NCBI GenBank assembly: GCA_963771885.1 | Contig: CAVYVF010000023.1 | Coordinates: 96,001-160,000 of the forward strand | Length of the DNA stretch: 64,000 bases | Origin: Candidatus Bathyarchaeota archaeon | GTDB lineage: Archaea > Thermoproteota > Bathyarchaeia > TCS64 | Reading direction: 5' to 3' | In this document: positions 50,056 through 61,044 of the stretch, piece after piece | Position numbering within the stretch: position 1 is the stretch's first letter | How the letters are laid out: the number at the start of each line of letters is the position of its first letter | Program-made: the position numbers and the translations under genes | Notes under the pieces: model-generated | What the model was told of the DNA's origin: nothing | What the model saw: only the letters and a program-made list of their open reading frames with translations | Database searches by the model: none

Positions 50056-52740
50056 ATGCCTCCGCTGGTGCTGACGATGGGTCTCGCCGACGCCTCAAGG
50101 ACGGACGTGGCGCGCGTCGGCGGAAAAGCGGCAAACCTAGGCGAACTCATCAACCAAGACTTCCCCATCCCAGGCGGATTCGTTGTCACCACAGACGCCT
50201 ACGCTCTCTTCGCCGAGGAGAACAATCTACAAACCACCATAAACGCCGAGCTCGCCATGATCGACTTCGAGAACCCCGACTCCGTCGATGAACACGCCGC
50301 CAAGATAAGAGCGGCGGTAGAATCTGCCCACATCCCAGAGGCGCTTGCCACAGAGATCGAGGTACACTACACTAGGATGGGTAGAACGCCAGTCGCAGTC
50401 AGATCATCATCTACTGCCGAAGACCTTGCCTCAGCCAGCTTCGCCGGTCAGCTCGAGACTTACCTGAACATCAAGGGTTGCAAGAGCATAGCCGAGGCTG
50501 TGAAGAGGTGCTACGCCTCCCTTTGGTCCGGAAGGGTGCTCGCCTACGCAAAGCGCAGCGGCCTCGACGCCAAAGACGCCAAGATGGCTGTCCTCGTCCA
50601 GCATATGGTTCCTTCAAGGAGCGCCGGCGTCATGTTCACTGTCAGTCCCCTTAGCACAGACGGCTCCGAGTTTCTCATAGAATCCACGCTCGGGCTCGGC
50701 GAGGCACTGGTGTCTGGAGTTGCGACCCCGGACAAGTATGTCCTCGGCAGGAACTGGGACGGGACGTTCAGGATGCTAGCCAAGGAAATCAGTGCCAAGG
50801 GCAAGATGGCCCGCGCTTTCAAGGGAGGCGTCGAATACGTCGACCTCACTCCCGCCGAGGGATCACAGCCGAGCCTAACCGATGAACAGGCGCTCAGCCT
50901 CGCCTCCCTTGGCGAGAAGATAGAGACACGCATGGGAACACCTCAGGACATAGAGTGGGCGATAGGTGATGACGATCAGCTATTCATTCTTCAGTCTCGC
51001 CCAATCACGACCATCCGAGCCGAGAACCCTGACGAGATTGTTTGGACGCGGGGGTACAGCGACGACTACTGGAATGACCCGGTTACACCCCTCTACTTCG
51101 AGCTACTCGGCGACCACATCACTCAGTATGTGAACGTCGAGCTCAACGAGATAATGGGATATAAGAGCCTCGACACTCCGAAAACAAGGCAGCTCCTCAA
51201 GCTCCACAAGGCGCACGCGTACTTCAACCTCGAGGTCCTCAAGCGGAAGGTAGAGAACGAGATACCCCCATTCCTTAGGAACGACGACGTGCTAAATTAC
51301 TTCCCCGAAGGCTCAAGCCCCTACGGGAAGGATGTGATGAGGGGGTTACGCTTCAACATCACGGGGAGGTTGCTCGCGGAGATTCGGGTCGCGCTAAATG
51401 ACCCAAATGGTGGTGGGGGGAGAACGGATAAAGCGTATGTCGCGTGGAGTGACTCCACGTTTGATCCTTTCTTCGCCGTCTTCCCCGCCCGCATGGAGGT
51501 GTTGGATGGTAAGCCGCTCTCGGATTACGTCGCCCTCGCGGACGAGATTCATGACCTCATGATCGGCCACTACCGCCTCGTACGCTATGGCATACCTGTC
51601 CACAACATCGGCATGAACCTGCTAACTCAGTATCTCCTCGCGCGCTTCCTTGGTGCCGAGGAGGGGCGTCGGGTTTACCCGATACTAGTCTCTGGCCTCA
51701 GGGACAAGACGAGGGAGACGAACGAGCGGATCGGGGAGCTAGCCACTGCCGTCAGGGCGTCCCCCGATCTCCAGAAACTGATCATCTCCAAGCCCTCGCC
51801 GAAGCTCTACGCACTCATCTCATCTTCCAAACTACCCGAGGTATCGGACTTTAAACAACTGTTCGACGCATTCATCGCCGAGTATGGTGCTAGGGGATTC
51901 ACACGTGAAGCCTACTACCCGCGCTGGGGAGACGAGCCCGCCTACGTCTTCGACATCCTCAAGTCACTGGTCTCAGGCGAGGCGGTGGACACTACTGCTG
52001 CGAGGGAGAGAAGCGCTAATGTGAGGCAGGAAACCGAAACGAACGTCAGAAAACAGATCAACGGCCAATTCTTAGGTTTCGCTAAGTGGGCGCTATTCTC
52101 TAACATACTTGGGATGGCCCGCCGTTACATAGTCTTCAGGGAGAAGCAGCGTTTCAACCTCGACAGATGGATAACAATGGTGCGAAGACTCCACCTAGTT
52201 GTCGGGGCGCGGCTCGTGGAGGACAGGGTGCTTCGTTCCGCCTCGGATGTCTTCTTCCTCACGAAAGCGGAGCTTAGAGACATCGCAAACGGAGCTGTAT
52301 TCACCGATGTGTTGACTACAGTCGTCTCTAGGAAAACGGAGTTCGAAAAGTACGAGAATGCTACGCCCCCCAAGTTCCTACATGGAGATAGAGAATTCAA
52401 TGACCCTCCGCCCGAAGGCCTCGACAACTTCAAGGGCATTCCCGCCAGCCAAGGCGTGCTCACCGCTACTGTCAGGGTCCTCGACGGTATAGAGAATATC
52501 TGGCAGGTACAGACTGGTGAGATACTCGTCGTCCCACGCACAGATCCGGGGTGGACACCCGTCTTCAGCAAAATCGGCGGCCTCATCACGGAGACCGGGG
52601 GAATACTCAGCCACGGAGCTGTCGTCAGTAGGGAGTATGGCATCCCAGCCGTCACGAACATTCCCGGCGCGTGTAGGCGATTCAAGACGGGACAAAGAGT
52701 AACAATAGACGGGGTCAAGGGGGAGGTAACCGTTGAATAA
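50056..52740 (+). CDS. PEP-utilising-family dikinase with rifampin phosphotransferase/PigC-type domain order
   Basis: VGGKAANL, VAVRSSSTAED, SFAGQ, DIEWA, LQSRPIT; central helical domain; C-terminal TDPGW…GGILSHGAVVSREYGIPAV. Confidence 0.9.
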   Translation: MPPLVLTMGLADASRTDVARVGGKAANLGELINQDFPIPGGFVVTTDAYALFAEENNLQTTINAELAMIDFENPDSVDEHAAKIRAAVESAHIPEALATEIEVHYTRMGRTPVAVRSSSTAEDLASASFAGQLETYLNIKGCKSIAEAVKRCYASLWSGRVLAYAKRSGLDAKDAKMAVLVQHMVPSRSAGVMFTVSPLSTDGSEFLIESTLGLGEALVSGVATPDKYVLGRNWDGTFRMLAKEISAKGKMARAFKGGVEYVDLTPAEGSQPSLTDEQALSLASLGEKIETRMGTPQDIEWAIGDDDQLFILQSRPITTIRAENPDEIVWTRGYSDDYWNDPVTPLYFELLGDHITQYVNVELNEIMGYKSLDTPKTRQLLKLHKAHAYFNLEVLKRKVENEIPPFLRNDDVLNYFPEGSSPYGKDVMRGLRFNITGRLLAEIRVALNDPNGGGGRTDKAYVAWSDSTFDPFFAVFPARMEVLDGKPLSDYVALADEIHDLMIGHYRLVRYGIPVHNIGMNLLTQYLLARFLGAEEGRRVYPILVSGLRDKTRETNERIGELATAVRASPDLQKLIISKPSPKLYALISSSKLPEVSDFKQLFDAFIAEYGARGFTREAYYPRWGDEPAYVFDILKSLVSGEAVDTTAARERSANVRQETETNVRKQINGQFLGFAKWALFSNILGMARRYIVFREKQRFNLDRWITMVRRLHLVVGARLVEDRVLRSASDVFFLTKAELRDIANGAVFTDVLTTVVSRKTEFEKYENATPPKFLHGDREFNDPPPEGLDNFKGIPASQGVLTATVRVLDGIENIWQVQTGEILVVPRTDPGWTPVFSKIGGLITETGGILSHGAVVSREYGIPAVTNIPGACRRFKTGQRVTIDGVKGEVTVE

Positions 52741-53725
52741 CAAAATGGAACCGTTGATACACAAACCCGGGGTGCACCGGGAGTGGAACGAGAGTTACTA
52801 CCTCTGCTTCAGCGACAGGTTGAATAGTATAAGTGGAATGACTCGCCTCGGATTCAAACCAAACAAGCAAGAGGCGACGACGTTCTTTCTCCTATTTCTC
52901 CCGGATGGCTCCGTCGCTGGTTTCCAAGCCGCGGAGAAGATGAGCGGACCCATAGATCACCTCAGAGTCGCGGGAATGACACATGAAAGGCGCCCCGACG
53001 GCTCGTGGCACTACACATTCCAAGGCATGATGGCCGTTGTTAAGAATCCCGCCGACTTTCCAAAGATCAGGGAGAAACCAACCCTTATCACCGCGATGCT
53101 CCCCACCACGATGCGCCTAGCGTTTCACCCAATCCAGCCTACATACGAGTATAGCGAGAACATGACCCCAGAGTCACTAGAGATCGGTAAGAAGAGTGGC
53201 GACGAACACTGGGAGCAGATGGCGAAGATAGAAGGCGAGCTCAAGGTGGGGGACAGTGTGTATACCCTTCGCAACGTCCTCGGGGAGCGCGACCACACAC
53301 ACGGTGTCCGCGACTGGACGGGAATAGGCAACTGGATCTACTATGTAGTCTGGTTCAACGATCACCTCGCCATTAACCCGGCAGCCATCGTCCTCGACGA
53401 TGGACGAATCAGCGTCGGCGGCTACATATGGAAAGACGGCGAGAATACTCCACTTGTCGGGTTCAGGATATTAGACCAACAGTTCATTGACAGCGTAGTT
53501 CCAGTGAGCTCGGTTCTTGAACTGACAGATAAGAAGGGAGTTATACACGTCTTAAGGGGGAGGGCAGGCCCCGTCGTGCCTTTACCATTCGTTGATGAGA
53601 AGGGCGGGATCTCCGTCCTTGCGCAGAGCTTCGGCGAGTATGAACTCGACGGCGTCAAGGGGGGTTACGGTACATACGAGACGCTAAGGTCGCAAGGTCT
53701 TAGGTTTGTGTGTAGTACCTCATGA
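52733..53725 (+). CDS. Hypothetical beta-rich protein (possible lipocalin/CrtC-like double barrel)
   Basis: Overlaps the kinase stop; EWNESYY, HWEQ, GERDHTHGVRDW; fold guess is from memory of similar motifs. Confidence 0.7.
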   Translation: MNNKMEPLIHKPGVHREWNESYYLCFSDRLNSISGMTRLGFKPNKQEATTFFLLFLPDGSVAGFQAAEKMSGPIDHLRVAGMTHERRPDGSWHYTFQGMMAVVKNPADFPKIREKPTLITAMLPTTMRLAFHPIQPTYEYSENMTPESLEIGKKSGDEHWEQMAKIEGELKVGDSVYTLRNVLGERDHTHGVRDWTGIGNWIYYVVWFNDHLAINPAAIVLDDGRISVGGYIWKDGENTPLVGFRILDQQFIDSVVPVSSVLELTDKKGVIHVLRGRAGPVVPLPFVDEKGGISVLAQSFGEYELDGVKGGYGTYETLRSQGLRFVCSTS

Positions 53726-55371
53726 GTAGACGCGTGACGTCTATCCCCGAGATGATTCCGGTGAGGTGCCCCTCCGCGTCGACGACGAAGCAATGGTCTT
53801 CCTTCTTCTCCACCATCTCGCCGATTACGCCCATAATAAGGGTCCCCTCACCATAGACCAGGGGATTCCGCAGCTCCGCCGTATTCAATGGCTTATCTAG
53901 GGCAGTCTTTGAGAGGAAGGCGAGGCTCTCAAGGGTCACATAGCCCACCATCCTCCCCTCGGAGTCCACGACTGGGAGGAGCCTAAAGCTCGTCTGCCCG
54001 AAGGCGTCCATCGCCTCTCTGACGGTTATATCAGCGTGAAGGTGAATGGGGTTCGGCGTCGCCACCGACTTCGCCGTGATCTTCTCAAGCTCCTTCGGCC
54101 GGCTCCTCATAACCTTGTAGTAGAAGCGCTCGAGGGCGAGTTCCTCCTCACCCACCTTGTTCGCAGGTTGGATAGGGTAGAAAGGCACGGCGCCGGAGAC
54201 GAAGAAGCAGACGACCGTCGCGAGTATGATGGGGATGAGGTTCGGTGCACCGTAGACCTCGGCTATGAACACTATCGGAGTCAGCATCATCTTATGCACT
54301 CCAGCGCTGAAGGAAGCCATACCCATGAGGACGAAGAGGGGAGTCAGCGACGGCATCAGTAGGGAACCTATAAGCGCTCCCCAAGTCCCACCGAGGAGCA
54401 ACGTGGGTAGGAAAAGCCCCCCGGTGCCACCAAAGTTCATCGTGACACTAGTCGACAATATTCGCAGCAAGAACACAGCGGCGAGGACAATACTGACGCC
54501 CCCGCCGAGCAGGGTGAACATCTGGTAACCAGGGCCCACCGCCTGCGGAGAGAGGTAACCAATGCCCCCGAGTGCAAAGCCTCCGAGAAGCAGCATCAAC
54601 GGGTAGCCGCCTCTGACGATTAGCTGCTTCGCTAGCCTCTCGCAAGCCGAATAAACACCGGTGAAGGCTATGACTACGGCACCCGTCCCCAATCCGAAGA
54701 CCATCGAGACGGGAAGCCAGTATAGAGGCAGCGCCGCCACCTCAAGCTCGACCGCGGGGATGAGGCTTTGGGCGCCGAGGCCTGCGGAGACTAGGTACGC
54801 TGTCGAGCTGGCGATAGCCGCTTCGATGAAGGACTCCTTCTCGAGGTCCCTTCTGTAGGGGAGCTCGAGGGCGAAGAGGAGCCCAGTGAGGGGCGTTTTG
54901 AAGCTCGCTGAGAACCCGGCGGCGACGCCAATCATCAATGCCTTGCTCGCCTCCATTCTCAACTTGAGTACCTTGTTCAGCCAGTTGGAGAAGCCACCCG
55001 AGATGACTGTGGACGGCCCCTCGGGACCCGCGGAGCCACCGAATATCGCTGTGGCGAGGCCTGACGCCGTCTTTACGAGCGCCTCACGAGGCATCATGCC
55101 ACTCGGCGTCAGGTGGAAGACCTCGAGTATCATGTGGAAACTGCTCTTAGGCGTCCTATACCAGGCGAGGAGATGGATTAGGAAGTAGCTCAGAACTAGC
55201 CCCGTGAAGGGGAAGACGAAGAAGAGGGTCGGGTTCTTTAAAGCGTCCCTGTAAAAGATCTCCCAGCTATAGTAGACTAGGTCGTTGATGGCGGAGGCTG
55301 CGATCCCCGCGACGACGCCAGTTGCGATGGGGAGGAGCCACCATGAAAAGTTCGCGCGACGCGTAGCCCAT
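53700..55371 (-). CDS. ClC chloride channel/antiporter family protein with CBS pair; apparent indel near the start (~55368)
   Basis: GGSAGPEGP, FKTPLTGLLFALE, GGTGGLFLP, C-terminal CBS domains; frame stays open upstream of ORF 55133. Confidence 0.85.
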
Positions 55372-55429
55372 CAACCCTTATTAATCCTGTGAGATTAACG
55401 CAGGTATCTGAGTAGGGGTAAATTAAAAC

Positions 55430-56710
55430 TTGGCGGAGAAGTTCTCGATGCCGCGCTGGCTCTACGCCATCATTCCCTTCTACGCGATACAGAGCTGCAT
55501 CGGCACATACGTCACGCTCCGCATCCTCGACCTCGGGGGCAGCGTGATAAGCATCGGCCTCGCCTCATCCGCTTACAACATCGTCTTAATCCCCTCCGCC
55601 TTCATTGGGGGTAGGCTCGCGGACTACCTCGGGAAGCGCAGGCCGCTCCTCGCTCTGAGCGCCGTAGGGCAGCTTCTAACACTGAGCCTCATCGCCATGA
55701 GCACCGACGTCAACCTCATGATCGGCTTCTACGCGGTCTATAGCTTCTTCAGCAGCTTGAGCCCGACGGTCTTCAGCTTACTGCTGATGGATACGGTGGC
55801 GAAGGAGAACCTTGGGGAGGGGAGCGCACTGAGCTTCAAGTACATGATCTACGGGAGCCTCGCTGGGAACGCCCTCGGGTTCATCGTGCTCACATCCCTG
55901 CCCCTGACCGCTGTGGCATTGCTCCCGATAGCCTTCAGCTCGATCCTGCTCGTACTATCACTGATCCTGGTGAAGGACGCTAAGGCAACGACGGAGAGGC
56001 AGGCAATCGCCTTCAACGCGGATGCCCTCATAGCGCGTCTCACCCACCTCCCAGTGCTGCTCCTCAAGACCCCGAAGGTGGAGGACGTCAAGGGACTCGT
56101 AAGCGATGCCCGCAGCGCGATGACGAGGGACATACCCCTCATCATGGTGACGAACGCCCTCTTTTTCCTCGGAGCCAACCTCTTCTTCACAAGCTACACC
56201 CCCTTCCTCAAGGCGAATAGCCTCACCTACCTCGAGATCACCGGTTTGAACATCTTCATCACATGTATAAACGGCCTCGCGAGCACGAAGAGGTTCAGTG
56301 GCTTCAGCAAGAAGGGAGACCCTGGGATGGTCGTTGAGTTCATGTCGCTGCGTGCCATCGCGTTCCTCTTCGCGGCGATAGAGAGCCTCTACTTCTTCGG
56401 CCACGACGTCCTCTACGTGACGCTCCTACTCTACCTCCTCATCGGGATGGCGTACACGAACATCACAATCGGGATGAACGCGCTCCTCTACAGGTTCCTG
56501 CCGAAGGAGGGACAGGGCGGGACGCTCGGCATCTACAGTGCCATAGGGAGCGTCGCCATGTTCCTCGGCAGCTTCCTCAGCGGTAACATCAGCTTCTTCT
56601 TCGGTTACTCCGTGACGTTCCTCCTCAGCAGTATGGCACTATTCGGAGCCGCGAGCCTCTTCGAGTGGCACTTCAAGCCCCTTCGCACGGTGGATGAGGA
56701 GCCAATCTAG
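55430..56710 (+). CDS. MFS transporter
   Basis: GRLADYLGKRR motif A; about 12 TM segments. Confidence 0.85.
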   Translation: MAEKFSMPRWLYAIIPFYAIQSCIGTYVTLRILDLGGSVISIGLASSAYNIVLIPSAFIGGRLADYLGKRRPLLALSAVGQLLTLSLIAMSTDVNLMIGFYAVYSFFSSLSPTVFSLLLMDTVAKENLGEGSALSFKYMIYGSLAGNALGFIVLTSLPLTAVALLPIAFSSILLVLSLILVKDAKATTERQAIAFNADALIARLTHLPVLLLKTPKVEDVKGLVSDARSAMTRDIPLIMVTNALFFLGANLFFTSYTPFLKANSLTYLEITGLNIFITCINGLASTKRFSGFSKKGDPGMVVEFMSLRAIAFLFAAIESLYFFGHDVLYVTLLLYLLIGMAYTNITIGMNALLYRFLPKEGQGGTLGIYSAIGSVAMFLGSFLSGNISFFFGYSVTFLLSSMALFGAASLFEWHFKPLRTVDEEPI

Positions 56711-56740
56711 TCTTCGAGAACCTCTTTCCCGCATCTTATT

Positions 56741-57648
56741 TTATGATGCGCTCAGCTTCAGGGTTAGTTCCGCCAAGACGCCGGATGGTCCGATTAGGCA
56801 TATATAACCCGACGCTTCTACGGCCTTGACGAGTTCTCTGAATCGAAGCGCCTGTGGGACGTTCGACTTGTCGGAGTCGAACCAGAGGTCGATCTTCGAC
56901 TCCCCGCCATCGGCCGCTGTAAGGCGGAAGATGAAGGGGTAGTTCCTGTGCTCGGTCGAGAGGAGGAGGCGGCCACCGTCTGCATCGATAAGGCGCATGA
57001 GTGCACCTTCGAACGAGGTAACACCGCACACGAGATCGACTGGGACGACCTTTCGGCTAGGCTTCAGCGCGGGGGCGTCGGTCTCCTCGTCCTCCAGTCC
57101 CTCGGCGGCGAACAGGTTGAGCCCGTCGCAGAAGATCGTGTGAGCGTCCAGTGTGAGACGGGAGCTCCACATGCCTCTGGGCCAGTTGGAGACTATGCCG
57201 GCGAGGCGCTTCACAGTTTCGAATCTGCCGCCCCCGGGCTCATCGTTAGTGAAGTTTCGGAGGAGTTGGATCATCCGGTCTGTGAGGTCATCGAGGACAT
57301 GGCTCATGCTATCCAGGCTTTCTGCATAGTATCCCCTGACGCCTCTCGGGAGCGACGGAGGCATCTCGACATCCCTGCTGATGACGCAGATGTGCATCCA
57401 CGACTTGGGTTCGGTGGATGAGCCAGCCCAATGCATGGCGGAACCCATTAGCCCCGCGGAGTCCTCTACGACGGCGAAGGTAAAGACCGGCTTCTGACCG
57501 GGGTTCAGTATCCACGCCGCATCGGCTACGGCTCCATCCTCGGGGCTGATATAGCCTGCCTCGGAATGAAAACCGAGTCTGACGCCCTCATCGATGAGCC
57601 ATGTGACAATTCTAGCCTTGTCGTTGGGGGCGTCCGTCGTCGATTCAC
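56741..57648 (-). CDS. Hypothetical protein; frame extends upstream of 57448, probable GTG start overlapping the AKR stop with an indel near 57630
   Basis: In-frame extension …IVTWLIDEGVRLGF…ADAAW…; no function recognised. Confidence 0.55.
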
Positions 57649-58469
57649 CTGTACCCTGCGGCGAGGTGCGTCCACTCGTCGGATGTGAGGCGCCAGCCGA
57701 AGGCGCCGAGGAACTCCATCAGGTGGACGGGGTTCGTCGACTTGGGTATAGTGAAGACGCTCTCCTGTGCAATGAGCCAGTTGAGGGCGACCTGGACACG
57801 AGTCTTGCCGTGCGCTTTCGCGATCTCATCCATCACCGGGTTGGGGGTCTGAAGTATCGCGCCCCGCTCCAAGGGGCGGTAGGCAACGAGGCTAACACCC
57901 ATCTTCCTGCAGGCGGGTAGCAACTCCATACGTGGCTTCTGGTCGAGGAGGCTGTACTGCACCTGGTTCGCGATCAGGCGTGTGCCTTCGAGGTAACCCT
58001 GCGCCTCCTTCATGAGTTGTGCGCTGAAGTTGCTCACGCCTATGAATCGGGTGTATCCCTCACGGACACACTCCTCCATGGCTGCCATCGTCTCTTTGAG
58101 CGGTACATCGGGGTTAGGCCAGTGGACGAGGTAGAGGTCGACCTGGTCGACGCCGAGGCGCTTGAGGCTCGCCTTCATGGAGTTGAGGAGGTCGTCCCTG
58201 TGGAGGTGATTGTGCCAGACCTTGCTGGTGATGAAGAGCGTCTTCCTATCCATGCCCTCGATTGCCTCTCCGATGAGCTCCTCGGCGTGACCCGCGCCGT
58301 AGTACTCGGCGGTGTCGAGGTGGGTGAGGCCGAGCTCGACCGCCATCCGTATCGCTGTGACGGTCTCGGAATCGCGTGCCTTGCTGGGGGTCTCCTTGCC
58401 CCCCATGCCCCAGGTGCCGAGGCCGAGCATAGGTATACTTACTCCCTTCGTTATCTCCCTATACTCCAT
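57645..58469 (-). CDS. Aldo/keto reductase
   Basis: LGLGTW, LDTAEYY, ITSKVW, DLYLVHWP, IGVSNF, IPKS. Confidence 0.93.
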   Translation of the reverse strand: MEYREITKGVSIPMLGLGTWGMGGKETPSKARDSETVTAIRMAVELGLTHLDTAEYYGAGHAEELIGEAIEGMDRKTLFITSKVWHNHLHRDDLLNSMKASLKRLGVDQVDLYLVHWPNPDVPLKETMAAMEECVREGYTRFIGVSNFSAQLMKEAQGYLEGTRLIANQVQYSLLDQKPRMELLPACRKMGVSLVAYRPLERGAILQTPNPVMDEIAKAHGKTRVQVALNWLIAQESVFTIPKSTNPVHLMEFLGAFGWRLTSDEWTHLAAGYR

Positions 58470-58491
58470 CAAGGTCGGCTCCCCCAACTGC

Positions 58492-59793
58492 TTAGGAGAC
58501 GAGCTTCTTCATGAAGCCCTCGTAGTCGGCAGGGGGTATCGTGGGCTTGAAGCTCTTCCTTATCTCCTTGGCGAGCTTCGCCTTGTCGTAGAGGAGGTCA
58601 ACGCAGGTGAGGGCCATAACCTTTGCGGGTAGGACGTAGGCGACCTGCTTGTCGACTATCTTGAAGTGGCGGCTGTGGCCGGCGCCGGTGCACCCGCCCA
58701 TGCCGATGCTTGTTGTGGGCATTATGCAGCTGTAGTCGCCGAGGTCGGTCGAGCCGGTGCTGTGGCCCTTGACCTTGACCTTCTTCTCGCCGACGAGGGC
58801 GTCCGCGTTCGCCTTGAGGACGGCGTCGAGTGCCGCGTCCTTGATGTAAGGCATGTAGCCGGGGTGGTCGTCTATCTCGACCTCTGCGCCGACCGCCATG
58901 GCGCCGGCGCGCAAGGCGCGGTTTACCTTGACGTTCGCGTCCTTGATCGCCTCAACGGTCTTGCCCCTTACGTAGCTCTCCATCCTGACATCAGCTGGGA
59001 CATTGTTCACGATCTCGCCGCCCTTCGTGATTATTGGGTGAACGCGTATGCTGTCCTCATCCTTGAAGGTCTCGCGCTGGGCGTGGATCGCCATGAGGCC
59101 GAGCATCGCCGCGTTAAGGGCGTTGATGCCCTTGTGAGGCGATCCGCCGGCGTGTGCCTCCTGCCCTATGTAGTGGACCATCTTCCCCACGAAGCCGTTG
59201 TTGCTGCCGCCAACGCTGAGGACCTCCTCCTTGATCTCGCTGTCTGTGTGGCTGCCGATACTGATGTCGATGTCCTTCATGTATCCTAGGCGGATGAACT
59301 CCTGCTTACCGCCGAAGAACTCTAGCTGCTTCTTCTCCCTGAGGTTGTTTCGGTAGTCGATCTCCAGGTATTCCTCAGCGGGGACTGTGAGGAGGGCGAC
59401 GTTGCCCTCGAGCTCGCCCATTACATCGTTTAGGCCGAAGCCGGCGCCTAGCATAGCCGCCATCTGTGCGTTATGTCCGCAGCTGTGGGCTGCGCCAGTG
59501 ATGGGGTCGCAGTCGGGGTGGTCGGGGACGCGGATAGCGTCTAGCTCACCGACGATGCCGACGACGGGGCCCTTGCCCTTCTTCTTGAGGTACGCCTTGG
59601 AGCCGGTGATACCGATCTTGGACTCGTAAGCCCAGCCCATCTCCTTGTACTTCTTCTCGGTGAGTTCGGCGGTCTTCCACTCCTTGAAGCCGAGCTCGGG
59701 CTTCTTCCAGATCGCCTCGCCTATGCCGATGATCTCGTCAGCGCGGGCGTCTATCGCCTCTAGTACCCTCTTCTTAACAGCGTCTTTAGACAT
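58492..59793 (-). CDS. M20 amidohydrolase (ACY1L2-like), distinct from the three AbgB-like paralogs
   Basis: PELGFKE, GELDA, HSCGHN, VPAEE, AHAGGSPHKGINAL, GSTDLGD. Confidence 0.9.
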   Translation of the reverse strand: MSKDAVKKRVLEAIDARADEIIGIGEAIWKKPELGFKEWKTAELTEKKYKEMGWAYESKIGITGSKAYLKKKGKGPVVGIVGELDAIRVPDHPDCDPITGAAHSCGHNAQMAAMLGAGFGLNDVMGELEGNVALLTVPAEEYLEIDYRNNLREKKQLEFFGGKQEFIRLGYMKDIDISIGSHTDSEIKEEVLSVGGSNNGFVGKMVHYIGQEAHAGGSPHKGINALNAAMLGLMAIHAQRETFKDEDSIRVHPIITKGGEIVNNVPADVRMESYVRGKTVEAIKDANVKVNRALRAGAMAVGAEVEIDDHPGYMPYIKDAALDAVLKANADALVGEKKVKVKGHSTGSTDLGDYSCIMPTTSIGMGGCTGAGHSRHFKIVDKQVAYVLPAKVMALTCVDLLYDKAKLAKEIRKSFKPTIPPADYEGFMKKLVS

Positions 59794-59897
59794 GGCTGAT
59801 AGAGGGTGCTGATCGGGATTTAACGTTGATTCGCGGTTCACCCAGAATAATTATCTAGTCGCCGGGGAATAGTCTCCCCCAACCAAGGTGTAAGCAA

Positions 59898-61041
59898 TTG
59901 AAGCTCCTAGAGTACGAGGCAAAGGAGGTCTTCAGGCGCTACGGCGTCCCCCTGGGCGCGAGCGCCGTGGCGTCGACCGCCGAGGAGGCCAGAGAAGCCT
60001 TCAGCGAAGATCAACAAGCCCATCGTCGTCAAGGCGCAGGTCGGCGTCGGAGGCAGGGGCAAGGCGGGAGGCATCAAACCCGCGGACACCCCCGAGCAGG
60101 CCTACGAGGTCGCCAAGCAGATACTCGCCATGAGGATCAAGGACCTGCCCATACGCAAGGTCCTCGTCGAGGAGAGGCTCCCCATACAGCACGAGGTCTA
60201 CCTCGGAGTCATCGTCGACAGGGCGGCTCGCTGCTACACCATACTCGCCTCGAGCGAGGGCGGTGTCAACATCGAGGAGGTCGCCGCCAAGACGCCGGAG
60301 AAGATAGTCAAGCACGCCATCGACCCTCTCAGGGGCTTCAGGAGCTACCACGCCAACGCCGTGGCGAAGCGCCTCGGCTACGGCGGCAAGAAGATGCAGC
60401 AGCTCGGCGACATCCTCCAGAGGCTCTACAAGGTGGCGTACGAGATGGACGCCGAGTTAACCGAGATCAACCCGCTCGTCGAGACCGCCGACGGCTTCAT
60501 CGCCGCCGACGCGCGCCTCAACGTCGACAACAACGCCCTCTACAGGCACAAGGAGCTAGAGGCCAAGTATCTGGAGAGCTTCGAGGGGGAGTTGACGCCC
60601 CGCGAGATGGAGGCGCGAGCAATGGATCTCACTTACGTCGAGCTGAACGGCGACATAGGAATCATCGGCAACGGTGCCGGCCTCACGATGGCTACCCTCG
60701 ACACCGTTATGCTCTACGGTGGCCACGCTGGCAACTTCCTCGACCTCGGCGGAGGCGCGAGTCCCGAGCGCATCGGCAAGGCCGTCGAGTTCGTCCTCAA
60801 GGACAGCCGCGTCAAGGCGCTTTTCGTCAACGTCCTCGGAGGCATCACCCGCTGCGACGACACAGCCAAGGGAATCATAGAGGCCCGCAGGAAGCTCAAC
60901 GACAAGAAGCCCATAGTCGTCAGGATGATGGGCACGAACGAGGAGGAGGGAAAGAGGCTCCTCCACGGCGCGGGCATAGAGACGGACGACACTATGGAGG
61001 AGGCGGCACAGAAGGCCGTCAACCTCGCGAAGGGGGCATAG
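59898..61041 (+). CDS. sucC: Succinyl-CoA synthetase beta subunit; apparent indel near 60005
   Basis: MKLLEYEAKE, KAQVGVGGRGKAGG, EINPL, GNGAGLTMAT, NFLDLGGG, GGITRCD. Confidence 0.93.
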
Positions 61042-61044
61042 AAT

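Noticed and set aside
50056..52740. Annotation as ppsA (PEP synthase)
   Set aside because: The phospho-His domain is C-terminal and no pyruvate-binding TIM barrel follows
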